A stretch of 63,214 bases of DNA, filler included, from Hyphochytrium catenoides (GCA_900088475.1; 6 parts of 6 records of this genome joined end to end with filler, not necessarily neighbours in it), one strand, 5' to 3'; counted from the whole stretch's first letter, positions 1 to 13,810 are shown. Numbers and translations are program-made. Notes: generated by a model not told the origin, from the sequence alone.

Positions 1-264
1 ATACGTGTATCACGACCGTATTTCCACTCCTCTTCATTGATGTATGTCCGAAGAGATTCGCTGCGTTGCTATCTAATAGATATCATCCACTGCTTTATGA
101 GCGCCACAATACAGCTTGCTGCCCACCGCTGCTAGACGAAGTGGGATCAAGCAGCAAGCTTTGAATGTTCACGTATCACCGCCTTGTGCGTGGTGGTGGA
201 AAGGAGTGCTATTAGCCTGACGGAGCTGCTGGGACTACTTCATAGTCCTTACTACTGACCAATA

Positions 265-1341
265 ATGATGGAACCGTCGAGGCCTAAAAGACAAGAAGGG
301 CTAGAAGAAGAGGAAGCACTCGAGGTTGTCGAGCGACGAAAGGTATGCCATGCTTCTCACCAATAGTATTATCTATTAGAAGTGGTAGAAGTGCCAAGAA
401 TAGTTGGACAAGCGCTAATGCTGTCGCCTGTTGCGTGCTAACTGAGACATCTTCTGCCTTGATGTTCTGCTCTGATGAGAATATTCTTTATTGTTGACGT
501 CGTACCGCTTCGAATGGCTGTCAGGATCCTGGCCACTTTGAAAAGGTCCTCTCTCTTTCCCCTGCAGAAATCCCCAATGGAACGCTCATATGTACTCGGA
601 TTCCTTCTACCGGGAGAGTAGTCCTGGTGGTAAAATATAAAGAGCGACTATACTGCATGGATCAGGCCTGCTACCGTATGTTTTCCGGTCCGCTAGATTT
701 ACAATGTTGTTACGAAGAGCTAACTGTCTTATTGCCGTATCTAGACCATGGAGGTCCGCTGGCCGGGGGAGACATCGGTAAGTCGCTCGGTGGCACTCAA
801 ATAAGCTGTTGAATTATGGCGGTAGACAACAGAGGTTACTGATGGCGGCTTACCGACGTTCGGTTTTGTTTGTTAGAGGAGCTCGGGGGTATACCTGCAA
901 TCCGCTGCCCATGGCATGCTTATAAGATCTCATTGGAAAAGGGTAAGGTGTCATCCAGACATAACAAACGACATGCGTGCTTGAGTGACCCGGAACTCCT
1001 CCTTCACTCGCTTTGGTCCCAGGTGAAGGTCTCTACATGGGAACCTCATTTGTTCGGACTCCCCAGGGGCTAAAGGCACTGCCACCCGAACTCAAGTCTA
1101 AAGGAATAAAGCAGAGAACTCACTCCGTGAGAGTTGAGGCCGACGGGATTTATGTAGCTGATTCCTCTAAGCTACCAGGTACGAACACTTGGTCATGAAT
1201 AAGTGCTACAAGCTCGATCTCTTACAATAGCCTCACCTCACCGTAGAACAAGAAGGCACACGGCTCGAGTCAGACACTTATGCTTATTTAGAACCTATGG
1301 CAGAAGATCCCAGGTCTAGGGTGCACTCCTCGAGGTCGTAA
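265..1341 (+). CDS. Rieske [2Fe-2S] domain protein (RFESD-like), about 6 exons
   Basis: Spliced reading YCMDQACY|HHGGPLAGGDI|EELGGIPAIRCPWHAYKISL gives the CxH and CxxH Rieske ligand boxes. GT-AG introns; ATG 265; TAA 1339-1341. Confidence 0.85.
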
Positions 1342-1422
1342 CAGTCAAGCTTGTAAGGAGCAGCACGTCGCACTGCTACTAAAACTTCCATCGTTGTATG
1401 GTCCAGAGGGCCAGGACTCTCG

Positions 1423-2226
1423 TTAGAGCTCCTCCGTTCGGCTTGCTTGCTCCTTCTTGGCCAGGCGAAGCTGGACGCAATCGGACGGAGTAATTACTTA
1501 ATGAATAAGCCTAGATAAAGTCCCCTTACACTTACATTTACCAGCTGCTGGCCCAGCTGACTGATAAGACGATAGGGCTTTCCACGAGCGATGAAGCCGT
1601 AGTGGATGGGCAGCCAATCTTCCGTCAAACCTTGCTCCTTCTTTATAGCGTCCACAGTATCCTGGCAACGGTATAGGTATCGTGGAGTTTGAGGTGCAGC
1701 ATATTCAGGGTCACCTTAGAGTATGTGCATCCCTTATCACAACTCACCTTGATTAGGCTTTCCTCTTCCGGGAAAATGTCTTGGGCGTCAGGATTGAAAA
1801 CCAAATGAATATATCTTTTATACCATCATCATTTTTGCAGACAAGAAGGTAAGACGGTAGTGAGCATGAAGGAGGTGACATGCGTAAGCCTTCATTCGCA
1901 TGCATTGGTTGACGGCAATAGGCTTACTCTAGAATATCCTGGGATCGAAGGGTCTTGTCCTCGTAGCTTCGGACTTCAACTAATTTAAAGTACGCCTCCT
2001 TCATCAGGGACCCTAGGTTCGACTTCTGGCTATACTCTGTATGAAATGCTGGGCGAAGGTCTTCGGTGTCTGATGCAGAATCCGAGATACTGCCAACAAC
2101 TGACGGTGCCTCTTCCGCGCTGCTTGAGCCGGACTGTTGCCCGCCTTCATTATAAGTCTTCCCTGCAGCGATCTCCTCCGCTCTCTTATTCATCCAGTCT
2201 TCATCTATCTCCAGGGCGACGGCCAT
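1423..2226 (-). CDS. Hypothetical protein, about 4 exons
   Basis: MAVALEIDEDWMNKRAEEI...QDILE|YKRYIHLVFNPDAQDIFPEEESLIK|DTVDAIKKEQGLTEDWLPIHYGFIARGKPYRL...|LRLAKKEQASRTEEL* joined through GT-AG introns. No family recognised. Confidence 0.6.
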
Positions 2227-3534
2227 TATAGTGCTTAATCGAAGACCAGCCTGGCTGTTCCAGCATTCTGAGATCGACCCATGATTATTTAGCAGCGACG
2301 GAGTCAGAAGAAATACGGAAAAGCTCCCAAATAAAAGGAGAAGGAATAGCGAAGAGGCAGAACGTAGACCACTAGCGTTTCCGCCGCGGTGATGGGAACC
2401 TCCAATCTCTTGGATTGTCTTGCGGGGCTCTTGTGGGAGGATTACTGCAGTTCGCATATTACGGGTGTGCTGCAAGTATGGTTCTTCTTCTGTAGTGTGC
2501 TTCAGGACGTGTTGTGGATGATGGTGGCTATGACAAGAGACGCACCACCTTGTTGTTGCAACTCAACAAGCAGCCACCGAACGACACGTGTTTGTTGGTT
2601 CCTCTTTGTTAGGAAAGGACCACGTCCGTATTCTCTAAGAAAAAGAGAACCCTTCTTCTTCGAATGAGTTGGCAATAAGGAAGGACTAGACAGTAGGACT
2701 AGCGTATGACCAAGAGGGTCCAACACGGCTATGATGCCGTCGCTGCTTGTCTCTTGTTGTCTTCTGCTGCGAGTGGTTGTTGTCCTCCCTCGGTCTTACT
2801 CTCCTTCTCCCTTTGTGCTTCTTACCTTCTTCGTCGCCACCACTCGAACCCACTCTTTGCAGAGTTTCGTCCGACAATGTGTTCTCGTCAGCCCCTTATC
2901 CGTAGTTACTGTCTGCTGGCAAACTGCTGGTTTCAAAAAGAGAAGCAGTACCCGCCTTAGCACTCTTTATTATAGGTCATTGAAGAAAGAGGAGGCAACT
3001 TTTCCTTCTACTGCTACACTGCTGTCTCTAAGATCTTCATCTCTCATCATCGTCAGAGATCTTTCCTTGCCGCTTCACAGTTCACAGCGCGGCTGAAAGG
3101 GTTTCTTGGGGGGACAGGGGTCCTGGGTACAACGAGGACCTAGAGATACAGCCTCCGTACAACTACTACAAAGCTTCAACTTCAAGGTACAACTCCAGGG
3201 GAAGATCTGTAGAGTGAGTATTTCTCGGAAATCTCTGGGAAGAGTGCTGGTAGAGAGTGATGGTTGATACGAGTGGAGTCTGTGATGAGACAGAGGAGGA
3301 GAAATCCAACAAAACAAGTTCTTGAACCTTCCCTCATCATCTGCGTCCTCCTCCTCTGTGGTGCCAGACCAACTCCTCCAGCAGCATCAGGATAAGAAAG
3401 CTATGTGCAGGAGTTGATAGATAGATAGAAGGTTAACAAAAGGTCTCCAACAACTTGCGTTGCCCTGGCATAATATAGCTTCTCAGAACAACAAGATCAG
3501 CAGGATTTGCCCAGACGAAGGTGCCACGGCGACG

Positions 3535-4571
3535 ATGTCCTCCATTCTGCCCACGACGATGTCCTCCATTCTGCCCCAGCCGCCGCATTCGAAGTACTCT
3601 GTTAGAGTACAGAGTCCCCAAATGAAGTTCAATGCTAGCCATTTCATCGCTTATAGAGTATGCAGTTGTCCAGCGCTTCACCAGTAAATGTACCCAGACT
3701 AATTCCTGCCTGACGACGTTGTAGGGCTTTAGAGAACGCCTTCATGGACACAATTATACCGTTAGAGTGAGTCCTGTCGCACTGCATTGGTTCCTAGTCA
3801 GCGGACTCATCTCTCCATCGCCCTTTCTGTGCATTTTTAAGGTCGTGATTGAAGGCAGTTTAGGACCTGATGGCTATGTTCTTGACTTTGGGGACGTTAA
3901 GAAGGTAAACTTTCAGGCACTGCTACTAAAAGTCATACCAACGGTGCTTTTTATATTGTTGTAGGTAACGGCACACTTGTGTAAAGAAATGAACGAGAGA
4001 TTCCTCTGTCCGGTTCGGAGCGATGCACTAGATGTAAGTTGAAGCCCAAGGAACCAACACGTTCAAAACTAGTGCAAACAACTGCGTTGCTACAGATCAA
4101 AGTAGAGGAGGATCAGGTCAAGATAGTGTGCCTTGATGATGGAGCGCGATTTAGGTGACTTCCCGTCCGCCGCTTACTTAATGGACTCGTGAGATCTGTC
4201 TACTCATCTCAATGCCTCCAGCTTCCCTTTATCTGACTGTTTCATGCTGCCAATTATCCACTCTTCGGCCGAGGAGCTAGCAACGTATATTGTAAGTCTC
4301 CATCATAGTTCTACTATCTTAGGGATTTGTCGATGCTCATGTTAACAAACAAAACTGATCCAGAGCGACCAGCTCATAGAACGATTTACAAAGGAGAAGC
4401 TTCAGGTGAGCCGTGAGAGGTTTGGCCTGTAGAAGGTTGACACTGTCAGTAACCCTTCAAGTTCACTTCCTTGCTACAAACCGCCAGGAGAGAGGAGTTG
4501 TATCCTTGGAGGTTGGAGTGGCAGAAGCGCCATCCCAAGAGGCCGTCATTTCAAGACTTCTCGAGTACTAG
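3535..4571 (+). CDS. 6-pyruvoyl-tetrahydropterin synthase family protein, PTPS-III type (ExxHGH), multi-exon
   Basis: KFNASHFIAYR|GFRERLHGHNYTVR|VVIEGSLGPDGYVLDFGDVKK|...HSSAEELATYI...LEVGVAEAPSQEA matches the PTPS/QueD T-fold signatures. Start is ambiguous because a 24-bp tandem duplication gives ATGs at 3535 and 3559. Confidence 0.9.
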
Positions 4572-4774
4572 GGACCCTTATTTGGAAAGACCCAAATGTA
4601 GAGCAGAAACAATGCTGATGATGATAAATATCGCTGTTACTTCATTATTTTGTCGCCAGTAATAGGTGATTACTGAGCCACACCAATAAATAAATAATTC
4701 TGAGAATTGTCTACCGTGACATAGAGAACTGCTTGAGTTGCAAGCAGAGTACTGGAAGTATAAAACGCCGCAGG

Positions 4775-5398
4775 TTACATAGCGTACATGAGGAGGCTGG
4801 GACTGTAGGACGTGTTTGCTTGGCCTTGGTGGTTATAATCAGAGTCCACACAAATATCCAAATCGACCGCGTGATAACTCTCGGAAGGGGGAGCCCCTGC
4901 CAAGCTGTCCTTGCTGTTTATGAAGGAGAAGCTGCTTGGAGTGCAAAAACCAATAGGCTCCTGTAAGAAGAGCTGGAGCGCATCTAAAATGTCCTTCTCT
5001 GCAAATTGCGTTGAAGAAGCGGTCTCTCGGCTTATATCCTCGGTTGTGGATGCAGGCAACTCTTTTTTTAATGGACTGGCTGTACTGGTTTGCGATCTCG
5101 CCGTTGGTGATCTTCTCCCCGCACACGTGGTACACCTCCCTCCAGCGTATTGGGCAATATGCCTGCGGCAGACAATGCACCACTTCTTCTGATCGGCTGG
5201 CTGATGCTTCATGCAAAACTGATGCTCACCAGCTTTTCTGGCAAACTTCGTGCAGTTCTCATATTTGCACTTGGGATGCTTGTTTGTAGGCCTCGAAGAA
5301 GTCTTTGACTGGCTAGAGAGCTTGATCGTCGGTCTACCACTGTGAACAGAAGAGGGGCGCTGGTTGCTACCAACCTTGGACGTAGCAATCGGTGCCAT
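4775..5398 (-). CDS. Single-exon Cys/His zinc-finger-like protein (207 aa)
   Basis: Contains CKYENC-x12-CMKH and CIVC-x11-CTTC, with S/K/R-rich flanks. Confidence 0.55.
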   Translation of the reverse strand: MAPIATSKVGSNQRPSSVHSGRPTIKLSSQSKTSSRPTNKHPKCKYENCTKFARKAGEHQFCMKHQPADQKKWCIVCRRHIAQYAGGRCTTCAGRRSPTARSQTSTASPLKKELPASTTEDISRETASSTQFAEKDILDALQLFLQEPIGFCTPSSFSFINSKDSLAGAPPSESYHAVDLDICVDSDYNHQGQANTSYSPSLLMYAM

Positions 5399-6329
5399 TG
5401 TTATGTCTCCTATAGACAGAACTATTGATGAGCTCGAAAGAGATAAGAACGTTGCTGTTGTCAGACGAAGTTTGGGCTTGGAGGGAAAATGCTTGAATGA
5501 GCAGATAAGAGGTCAGGCGGGAGCTGGCTACTTTGGAAGTAGACTTCTCAAACCTGCTCTTCCTCACCCGCAGCTATCATCAAGACTCACCACTTCTGGA
5601 GAACCAACACTGCACTTATTTAAGTGTCAAACAGAGAAGGTCCCTGACCCTTCCTGGCCCTTCTCTGCCTCACTCTGATAGCCATAACCGTGTGAACATA
5701 GGGTTTCCCCTGTAGGCTTCATGTTAGCTTTTGGTGGAGAGACACGCCAGGAACCTGCATCTGCACTCTGGCTTTCAAAGATATTACCATGCCTCCTTAT
5801 CTTGACCAATATCAGCATAGCCGATAATAATATGCATTTGCAGGGATGAACCGTTGCTCTGTTATAGAACTCTTTCTCGTCCTTTTGGACCCGTTTTCAT
5901 GAAGGGAATCTATGGGTAGATAAGCAGAGCGGAATGGGGAGAGGGAGAGAGAGAGAAAGGGTACAGGAGCAAGAATCTATCTATTTCTTCCCTTTTGGTT
6001 TCTCCTAGCAAGGACCTCATGCTCCTGCTGTATCTCTCGTGCCGTAGAATAGGTTTCTTAGGTCTTTTGCATGTGATTTGCAGATATCAAAAACGCAGAG
6101 GGACAGCCTTAACATCTTACGGCAAGTATTCAGGGCCTTGATTGGTTAAAAGTCTGGCGGATATTCTTAGGCCGTTGGCCAACAAGAAGCCGCCCCTTTC
6201 TCACCCCACACCCTCGCCACTCCTCTCCTCTCTTCACAGCCTTCTTTCTACACAAGGAAGAGAGGAGGCTACAACGCAAAAGTACTGAGGTTACAACGGT
6301 ATTAAGAGGTCCTGCAGTGACGACTACGA

Positions 6330-6780
6330 CGCACACCTCTCGAACCATTCCCCAAAGCCGGAAGCCCAAGAATTGTTTGTGGAGCATCTTTACCCAAGAC
6401 CCATTATCCACAAAGCCCACAGAGCAATTTTTGAGGCTCCAGGATTGGTCAAAATCCTTGAACAAAGAAGACTACCTCCAATCAAAATTGAGCAACACAA
6501 TATAGGTATACCCAGGAAAGAAAGGTCTTCTACCCGACGCAAACCCAGGTAAGATAGGCATTCAATTATCTCTGTTCCTAGACCTCCACGATGGCCAAGG
6601 ATCCAAAGGATAATATTGGGCAAGAGGGCGTTTTGGTCTACACCAATTAACGGTTCGCCTTCATTATGGATGTGCCTCCTTGCCTTCAGTTCAGAGCTGG
6701 CCCCAGTTGGAACGCGAGGACTGGCCTCTGACCCCCCAGAGTCAGACGACACTGACAGCATTCAAAACCACCATGAACCA
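6330..6780 (+). mobile_element. Possible highly decayed retroelement RNase H fragment
   Basis: Interrupted motifs GVLVYT..(N)GS, SSELAP and DTDS fall in RNase H order, with stops and frameshifts. Weak. Confidence 0.25.
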
Positions 6781-9700
6781 GCACCTTGGTCTGGCTTTCT
6801 AAAGTGAACGCCGAAGAAAAGCTACCACTGCCACTATCCCCTAACAGCTCGCCAATTATTGCTACGCAGCGACCCTCACCACCGCCTTGCCTAAATTTAT
6901 CTTGGAAAATGGCTAATAATAAGGCTGCTCGCAGGGGAGTTTGCAGGTTGGGCTGTGACGAAGACCAAGAATAGCCTGTCCTGCCTGATAACACGGTATT
7001 GCACAGCTCGTAAAGAGCGAGAAGAAGAATCCTGCTTCTCTTCACAACCCCAATACTCCCCTTCTGAATAGCTAGTGTAGGCACTCCCAGCTCCACGACC
7101 CTAACCTTACGATGTACGGGAATAAGTGTTGACGGAAGGAAGGCCCTGCATGTTCTCAGTAGTATCCAACTTACATTGGGGTCCTGGGTCACCTTCTTTA
7201 TTCCTGGTACCCTTCAAGCATTAGCTTCAACCTTCCGCTGTCAGTCCACCCTCGGACAGCTTTTCTGCCAATAAGCTGTAAGCGCCAGGCTTCGTCTTTT
7301 GCATAGTTAAAGTTGTCGGTTGTCTGCGAGGCTTTTGGGCAGATAGGCATGCTGCGTGGTGGCTGGCGGTGGGTGGTTATGGGTTAGTGGAACAGGTGGT
7401 GGGTGGCACAGGGTTAATGATACACTGCTGGGAGATATACATTAGCTCAACACAGAGGAAGTCCTACCACTTTCCTATTTCCCTCCTCAATCTTCCCGCA
7501 CTTCTTGATCGGAGTCGGGAATCTGCCATCAAAAGCCAGCAGATATGAATGTAGGCCCCTCATCACGGTCATAAGAAGACAGACTGCGCAACTTCAGTCC
7601 CGCTATACGCTAATTTCGCAGATGCTTTCCTACCCAGCGTAATCGTTATAGACCAGCCATTTTGACGGGGTATGAACTCTAGAGATGACCCCACCTGCTA
7701 GTGGTGTACACCATCTAAAATGAAAGTCTTGATCTCAAGGAGCACTCCCCAACTGAACTAAGCCTTCATTTAGGTTTGATTTCTTGGTAGTAATAGTTCT
7801 ACGTACAATCATCATCAACCTCAATCCTTGATTCCTCTCTCTCAACAACGAGGTTAGAAATTATATAAGGTGCGACAATGCTCAGAAGGTGAGTGACACT
7901 GTGACTGAAGGAGAGATAGAGCTATGTCGTAGTAGACAGTGTCACAGTGACTCATAGTCATGGCCAAGGATTGAGTCAGAGGTCCACTCGAGCCATTTTT
8001 GGTGGCACCATCACTCATCACTCTGACATTAAGTCTGTTCAGATTCCCACCAGTTTGCAGAGATCAGAAGGGGATAAGGAACATGTCAAAGGAACAGTGT
8101 TTCGGCCCTTGCTGTTAAGAGCAAGATATTATTAGCAGCGTGACAGGACGGACGTTTTTCTAATGGAATGGATGTATAATTCTTCTTCTGATGCGGTCTT
8201 AGCTTGTTTGGTTTTATATGAACTCATCAATTTCACAAGTTCGTACTGTACAGTGCAGTAAGGGGAATTCGTAGCACGACACTGTATTTATATTAGGGCC
8301 TTTTGTTGAAAACCGACAGATATTCATCTTTCAGGATCCCCTATCGATCTGTACTGTATGGGAGAGCGGTGTTGTCGGTTTGTCGCAGAGCTGTCACCAG
8401 TATTATGTAGATCATCGGCACCGCCCAAGTAAACGATTGCGATAAATTCAAGTGTTCAATGAAGATCATCATGGGTACATTGTTATTATCCAGCACCATC
8501 CTTGATAAATATACTGGTGTGACAAAAGGAGTACAGCCTGCTGGACCCTCTTGAATAATGAAACCAGCTATAACGTACTTGCAGGTGCTTTCCCTACTGG
8601 TCCCGCCGGATGATAGTGGTGGGCAAGTAATATAATAGCTGTGTCCTCCTCGCCTGTATCACCAGTAATAATCACCAACAATAGGCGAAGTCGTGGAGAA
8701 TAGCAGCAATCGTGACCAGGATGTAAGCACTCTTACTCTGTGACTCTTTTTTGCGATGATGATGGGGGCTGATAGAATGCATCACAAAGTGATGGCGTCT
8801 TCTTTTCTATTGTTAATAAATCTACTTCATCAAAAGCTGATGAGAACTTATTGCCAAGCACGAAGAAGAGTATATGTGGTAGGTTTAACCTTGGCAACAA
8901 GAACATCAGGGTAAGTTGTTACTGCTGACCGACGATTTTGATGTCATTCTAAGTGATGAAGACTCCGTTAATTAGAGGAAAACAATGCCCTTTTGAGACC
9001 TTCTCTACAGATGCGCGTTGTTGTCGACAAGTTAGTGAAACACGAGACTTCTTGGCTGAGAGACTTCTATCTAGATTAATTCTCTCCAAGTGTGGTGGAT
9101 TGCGAGGAAAAAAGATGCAGTTGATCCACAAACGCAAGTCATACAGGAGAAAGGTCTGCAGGTGACATTGTTCATTCATTGCTAACCACGAGCGCGATGA
9201 GAGCTCGGTGACAGCCAGGGCAGAGCATCTTCTTCACTTCCAATCTTGCAGTCATGTAACGGTCCCGAAGCCTAAGCAGCTCGACCACAGATGCAATATT
9301 TCGCATCCTCTCACATCTTATGGAATCATTAATCTGCACTATGATGTAAAGTGTGTTTCCAAAGCTTCGGAAACGAATGTTTCTAGCTTTCTCTCATGGC
9401 GACTTTTCATCCTGCTGCTGCCTGAAGTTGAAACGGACTCAAGTGCACTGTAAGTGAAACGGGTTGCTCTCTCGATTTGATGCTTCTACGTACCTTCTTG
9501 AGCTGCTCCCCATCAGCGCCACATCATTGGGATCTATAGTAGAAGCAACAGCTGATTACTCTTCTCAACACCCGTGCGGCCATAGCGATGAGTCAGTGCT
9601 TTTTTGGGAAGCAGGCGAAGCGTGATGCTCCGTGTCAAGGTTGTTACTATCTACCAGTACCGGGACTTGAGCCACTCCAGTAAATGGTCTGCAATGTAAG

Positions 9701-10206
9701 CTTATCACGATCCGGGTGTAGCAGTGGCGCTCGTTTAATGGGACTTCATTAGATGAATTCGCGAGCTGGAAGCTCAGCCCTCTATTTTGCTCCGTTCGTA
9801 GAACATCAGGGCTGGCATCTCCTCTACGAGTCACTCGGCTCGTCTGTCCCTTGCATATGAAAGCAGGGATTAGAAAGAAGAAGTATCTCCTCCCTCTCTT
9901 CATTAGTTGGATAGCTCAATTCACTACTTCTGCCCAAGGCCCCTTAGAGGCAGATGGCGTTTTGAGGATAGTGGTTCTCTTGTAGGATATAGCAAGCACC
10001 TTCCTCTTTTCCGGATATAAGGGAAATGTGTTCCGAGGGCTATGAGGGTGCAGCATTGGTGCAGAAGCTGTTGATGACGACGGCATAATAAGCCACTACT
10101 CATCTTCGGAGGGAATATATTCAGAGGCGTCGATTTGATACTCCGAGAACTATCATATCTTGTGCCGCCAACTCAAGGGACTACGTAATACAGGGAACAA
10201 GCAACT

Positions 10207-13200
10207 ATGAAGAGTGGGGACCTTGCCCGCCTTATGGCGGCATTGCCACTCTTCCTCTGGACTCTGGCGGCCCCCTTCCGTCTCTTGATGCTTCAGGTTG
10301 ATTATTATGCCTCAACGAACACTATGAATGCAAACTGGATGGATACAACCGCGGTGGCAGTGCCGGGTAACTGCCCTGCCGGCAGCAGCTTGTCTGCTTT
10401 TACTGTGCAGCTCCATTCAGCACCGGTTACTGGCGACACGGTCCAGCTCCCCTCAATAGTCTTAGACGTCTCCCCTGGAGCTAGCGGGAGGCAACAGTAC
10501 TCTCTAAGAATGCCACGAAAGGAAGACGGATGTAGCGAAAGCAACCTGGTGGATGTAGGAGGCCTGCTCTGGCGGGAGATCGGAGGTGGGCATTGTGACC
10601 GCATCAAGATCTGTGTTAACGACTTTATGGAGCGCGACTACGTACGCCATGTCTTCTTGGCAGATATCCGGGAAGCTGGCGCCAGAGGAGGAGAATTGCG
10701 CCTGTCTATGGTAAATCTCATGAGAAACTTTAGGCGACTATCGCTGAGTGATGTACAGGAATATGCCAATTATATCAATCGCTCCGATCTACGAGATGAG
10801 TACATCGCAAAGATGGGGGGCTTTGCAAACATGTCAGCGTGGTACAGCTTCCCTATGCCTCAGTACCGGCTAGGAGGCCAGTGGATGCACTCAGCTGATG
10901 GAAAGGTCATTCCACCTGACAGTCAACTAGAGGAAGACGGCATTTCCTCCAGGGCGAGCTATATGGAGTCACTGGTGGCACACATGCTCCCCTTCGACAT
11001 CCTGTCTTTCCGACAGACAATCGAGGCTTACCACTGGGTGACTTATTTTGAGCCGGACAGTCAAGGCTGTTTCATTACCGGCTTGGATAAAAGCGGTCAA
11101 ATGTGCTTGCATGAGGGCATGCAGGTTATCCTTGCCGATATTATTGAAGACGGGCTTGCGAGTATTGGATGTGAAAAGGATCTTATCTCAAGAGATGACG
11201 TTATTGCCATGGCTGTTGGCTTTACAAAGCAAAAAAGTCTTTCCGTTCTTGAGCCATACTTTTCCTCTATACTTCGCTGTTCAACAGTCAAGGACGCAGT
11301 TCAGGCCGACCTTCGAGACTCAAGAATTCTCGCGTGGTACATCCAGCAGACGGGGCAGCTAACATACTATCGCCCATCCACCATTCGCATGGGAAACTTA
11401 ATCGATGGAGAGGTAACTCTCTCTCTTCAAGCGAAAGTAGGTCCAATGGTCACTCTAGGCGAGTCTTCGGCGACCATATGGACATCGTCGGTTGAGGGCT
11501 TTTTCAACCAGCAGCAGTGGTGCACGAGGACAGGCCCGACGCTTTGGAAAGAAATCAATGAATTCAAACGCCTTTCTTTCCCCCGTGATTTGGAGATCAA
11601 GTCGGAGACGGGGATGACTCTCCGAGATTGCTTGAGACGCCGCTACCTAATGATGCCGTATATGCATAGCTGGGCGGCCATCCCTTACGGAGGGAATTTG
11701 AACCAGATACCGAATCCCTCGCCGAGAAACGTGAACAACGTCACGGTCATTTTAGAAGTCCGCCAAGCGTACAGACGCACTGCTGTTATTGGCCAGCAGC
11801 TTAACTCTTCCACCTCCCTGGTATCGCCATCTTCCCCTAGTGAACCGCAGATGTACCGCCTGGATCTACTAACAGCACTGCACGAGACATTTATGACAAG
11901 AATAGTACCGAAAAACTCTGTATGGAAGGTGCTGAACGGTACTCGAATCAATGACGTTTTAGCTGGACTTGAAAGGCAAGCCCGAGTGGCAAAGACTAAC
12001 TCTGTTCTTGCATACTGCGGAAAAAGCGGTGGCTGCACTAAAGTCGGTGCCAGCTTTGCACCTGACAATGAGAGCGTACCTTTCGTAGATGGCTATGAGC
12101 TTGGAGTCAAAAAGCTGGGCCTGGGCAAGTTCAATATCTCTGAGCAGCACCTCTTCGCCTTTCCGACAGGAAGCAACCCTAGGACCTCGACGGAGCTGTC
12201 GGTCCCTATCTTGCCGAACAGTGCACCACCAACTGCCGCTACTATTGTTAATGAGGTCCCCGTGCCCATTTGCAATGGTGTGCTACTGACCCTGCTTGAT
12301 CCACAGGGCAAGAGTGCTTTCTTGGACATTGGGGTGGGAGACTACCCTTGCCAGACAGGCCCTCCAGTCATTCGGGAGCGCTGGGGCCTCAACACGCTGG
12401 GAACTGGCGCTAACACTGTGCAGCTGTGTAGCTCATACACCAACAACGTCGCAAGACTCGCTGTGATTGCTCCCGATCAGTGGAATGTTGTCCCGAACAT
12501 GAACTTGACTACGCTTGGTTTCAACAGTAGCGACGATCGCAAGTGGAGCATCAACCTTTGGTCCCATTACTCAGTCTTCAGCAGCAATGTTTTCACACGT
12601 CTTATAGCCCAGCCTCACATGGCGTCAGCAGGCAGCGGCTCAGCGGTGCCGGTTAATCTCCAGTTCGGGATCCTAGGAACCGGCCAGAGCTCTTACGGTA
12701 GACTGAATACTCTAAGCAATTTCGCGGCCATGATTAGTATCTTAGTTCAGATCATTGACTTCTATAGCATGTTGGACATCACACGGACGGCCCTNNNNNN
12801 NNNNNNNNNNNNNNNNNNNNNNNNNNNNNNNNNNNNNNNNNNNNNNNNNNNNNGAGCTTCCGCTGCAATACTTGGTCTGCAAGGGGTTGGGGCATCTCTT
12901 CCTATCAAACCTTGCAAGTGTCATGGTGGTGGCCAATATGATTCGGCCGGAAGTCCGACTCACTCTGTCGCAACAGTGGACGGAACTTTTCCTCATCACC
13001 GGCTGGGAGACGCTCAATCGGGGGTTGAAACTCAACGTAGTGCTCTGTCTGGGCCAGATCATATCGAGCGTGTGGGTCGCCTGTGTGGATGAGAAGAGCT
13101 CCGTCACAACGCAAACGGTTCTCTGGCTGTCGATAACACTCGATCTAGTCCTCGTGACGATAGCTGGAACTAGTGCCGTGGTCTACCTCCAAGGAGGCTT

Positions 13201-13810
13201 CGTGGAGTATTACATTGACAACGCCGCGCTAATCGCTATTCTCATCGTCATCAGCGTGTTCACGATGAATAGCACAAAACGCCAAGAAACTCGACAGCAG
13301 GAGCGCAAGAAGGTGGACTGCGACGTAATCGCTGCTTGCCGGGTCATTGGGGACTCCTCTCCTGAGCTATGGAGATGTAGCGCCACCACGCTTCGACCCG
13401 CCGCGGTGGTGGTAACAGGGGCAACAACACCAGGGGAGTTGACGAAAGTGGTAGCAAATAACAGCAACTCTTCTAAGACAGCAGACACTGCATCACAGCT
13501 CAAAAAGAAAAAGAAACACTCCCTCGTCATGCGGTGGGACGAGGCAGCTGCGATGCTGGCTATTGCGGAATATCGTGGCCGCGCTTTGGGGACACGCTAC
13601 GTCCTCATCTCCTCTGCCTATGGCATTCGATCCATCGATTACACAGCCTGGTGGGCAATGAGGTGTGAGGAAGGATCTCACTCCTACTCCATTCGAAGCT
13701 TGTCTCTAGTGATCCCTGCAGAGCCAGGGAGCAGGAATGGGAGCATTTTGATCCAATCTGCTCCACCGACAGCAGTTGTTGAGGGTTCTGAAGAGGTCCA
13801 ACATCACTAG
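10207..13810 (+). CDS. Large intronless membrane protein (~1200 aa): N-terminal hydrophobic segment, Cys-containing ectodomain, several C-terminal TM helices
   Basis: One open frame from 10207 to an N gap (12795-12853) and a second from 12854 to TAG 13810. The frame offset is explained by the uncertain gap size. Many N-x-S/T sequons; hydrophobic helices flank and follow the gap. Confidence 0.75.

Noticed and set aside
265-4571. Rieske and PTPS genes as a possible metabolic cluster
   Set aside because: No shared pathway is evident; this is ordinary gene density in a compact eukaryotic genome.
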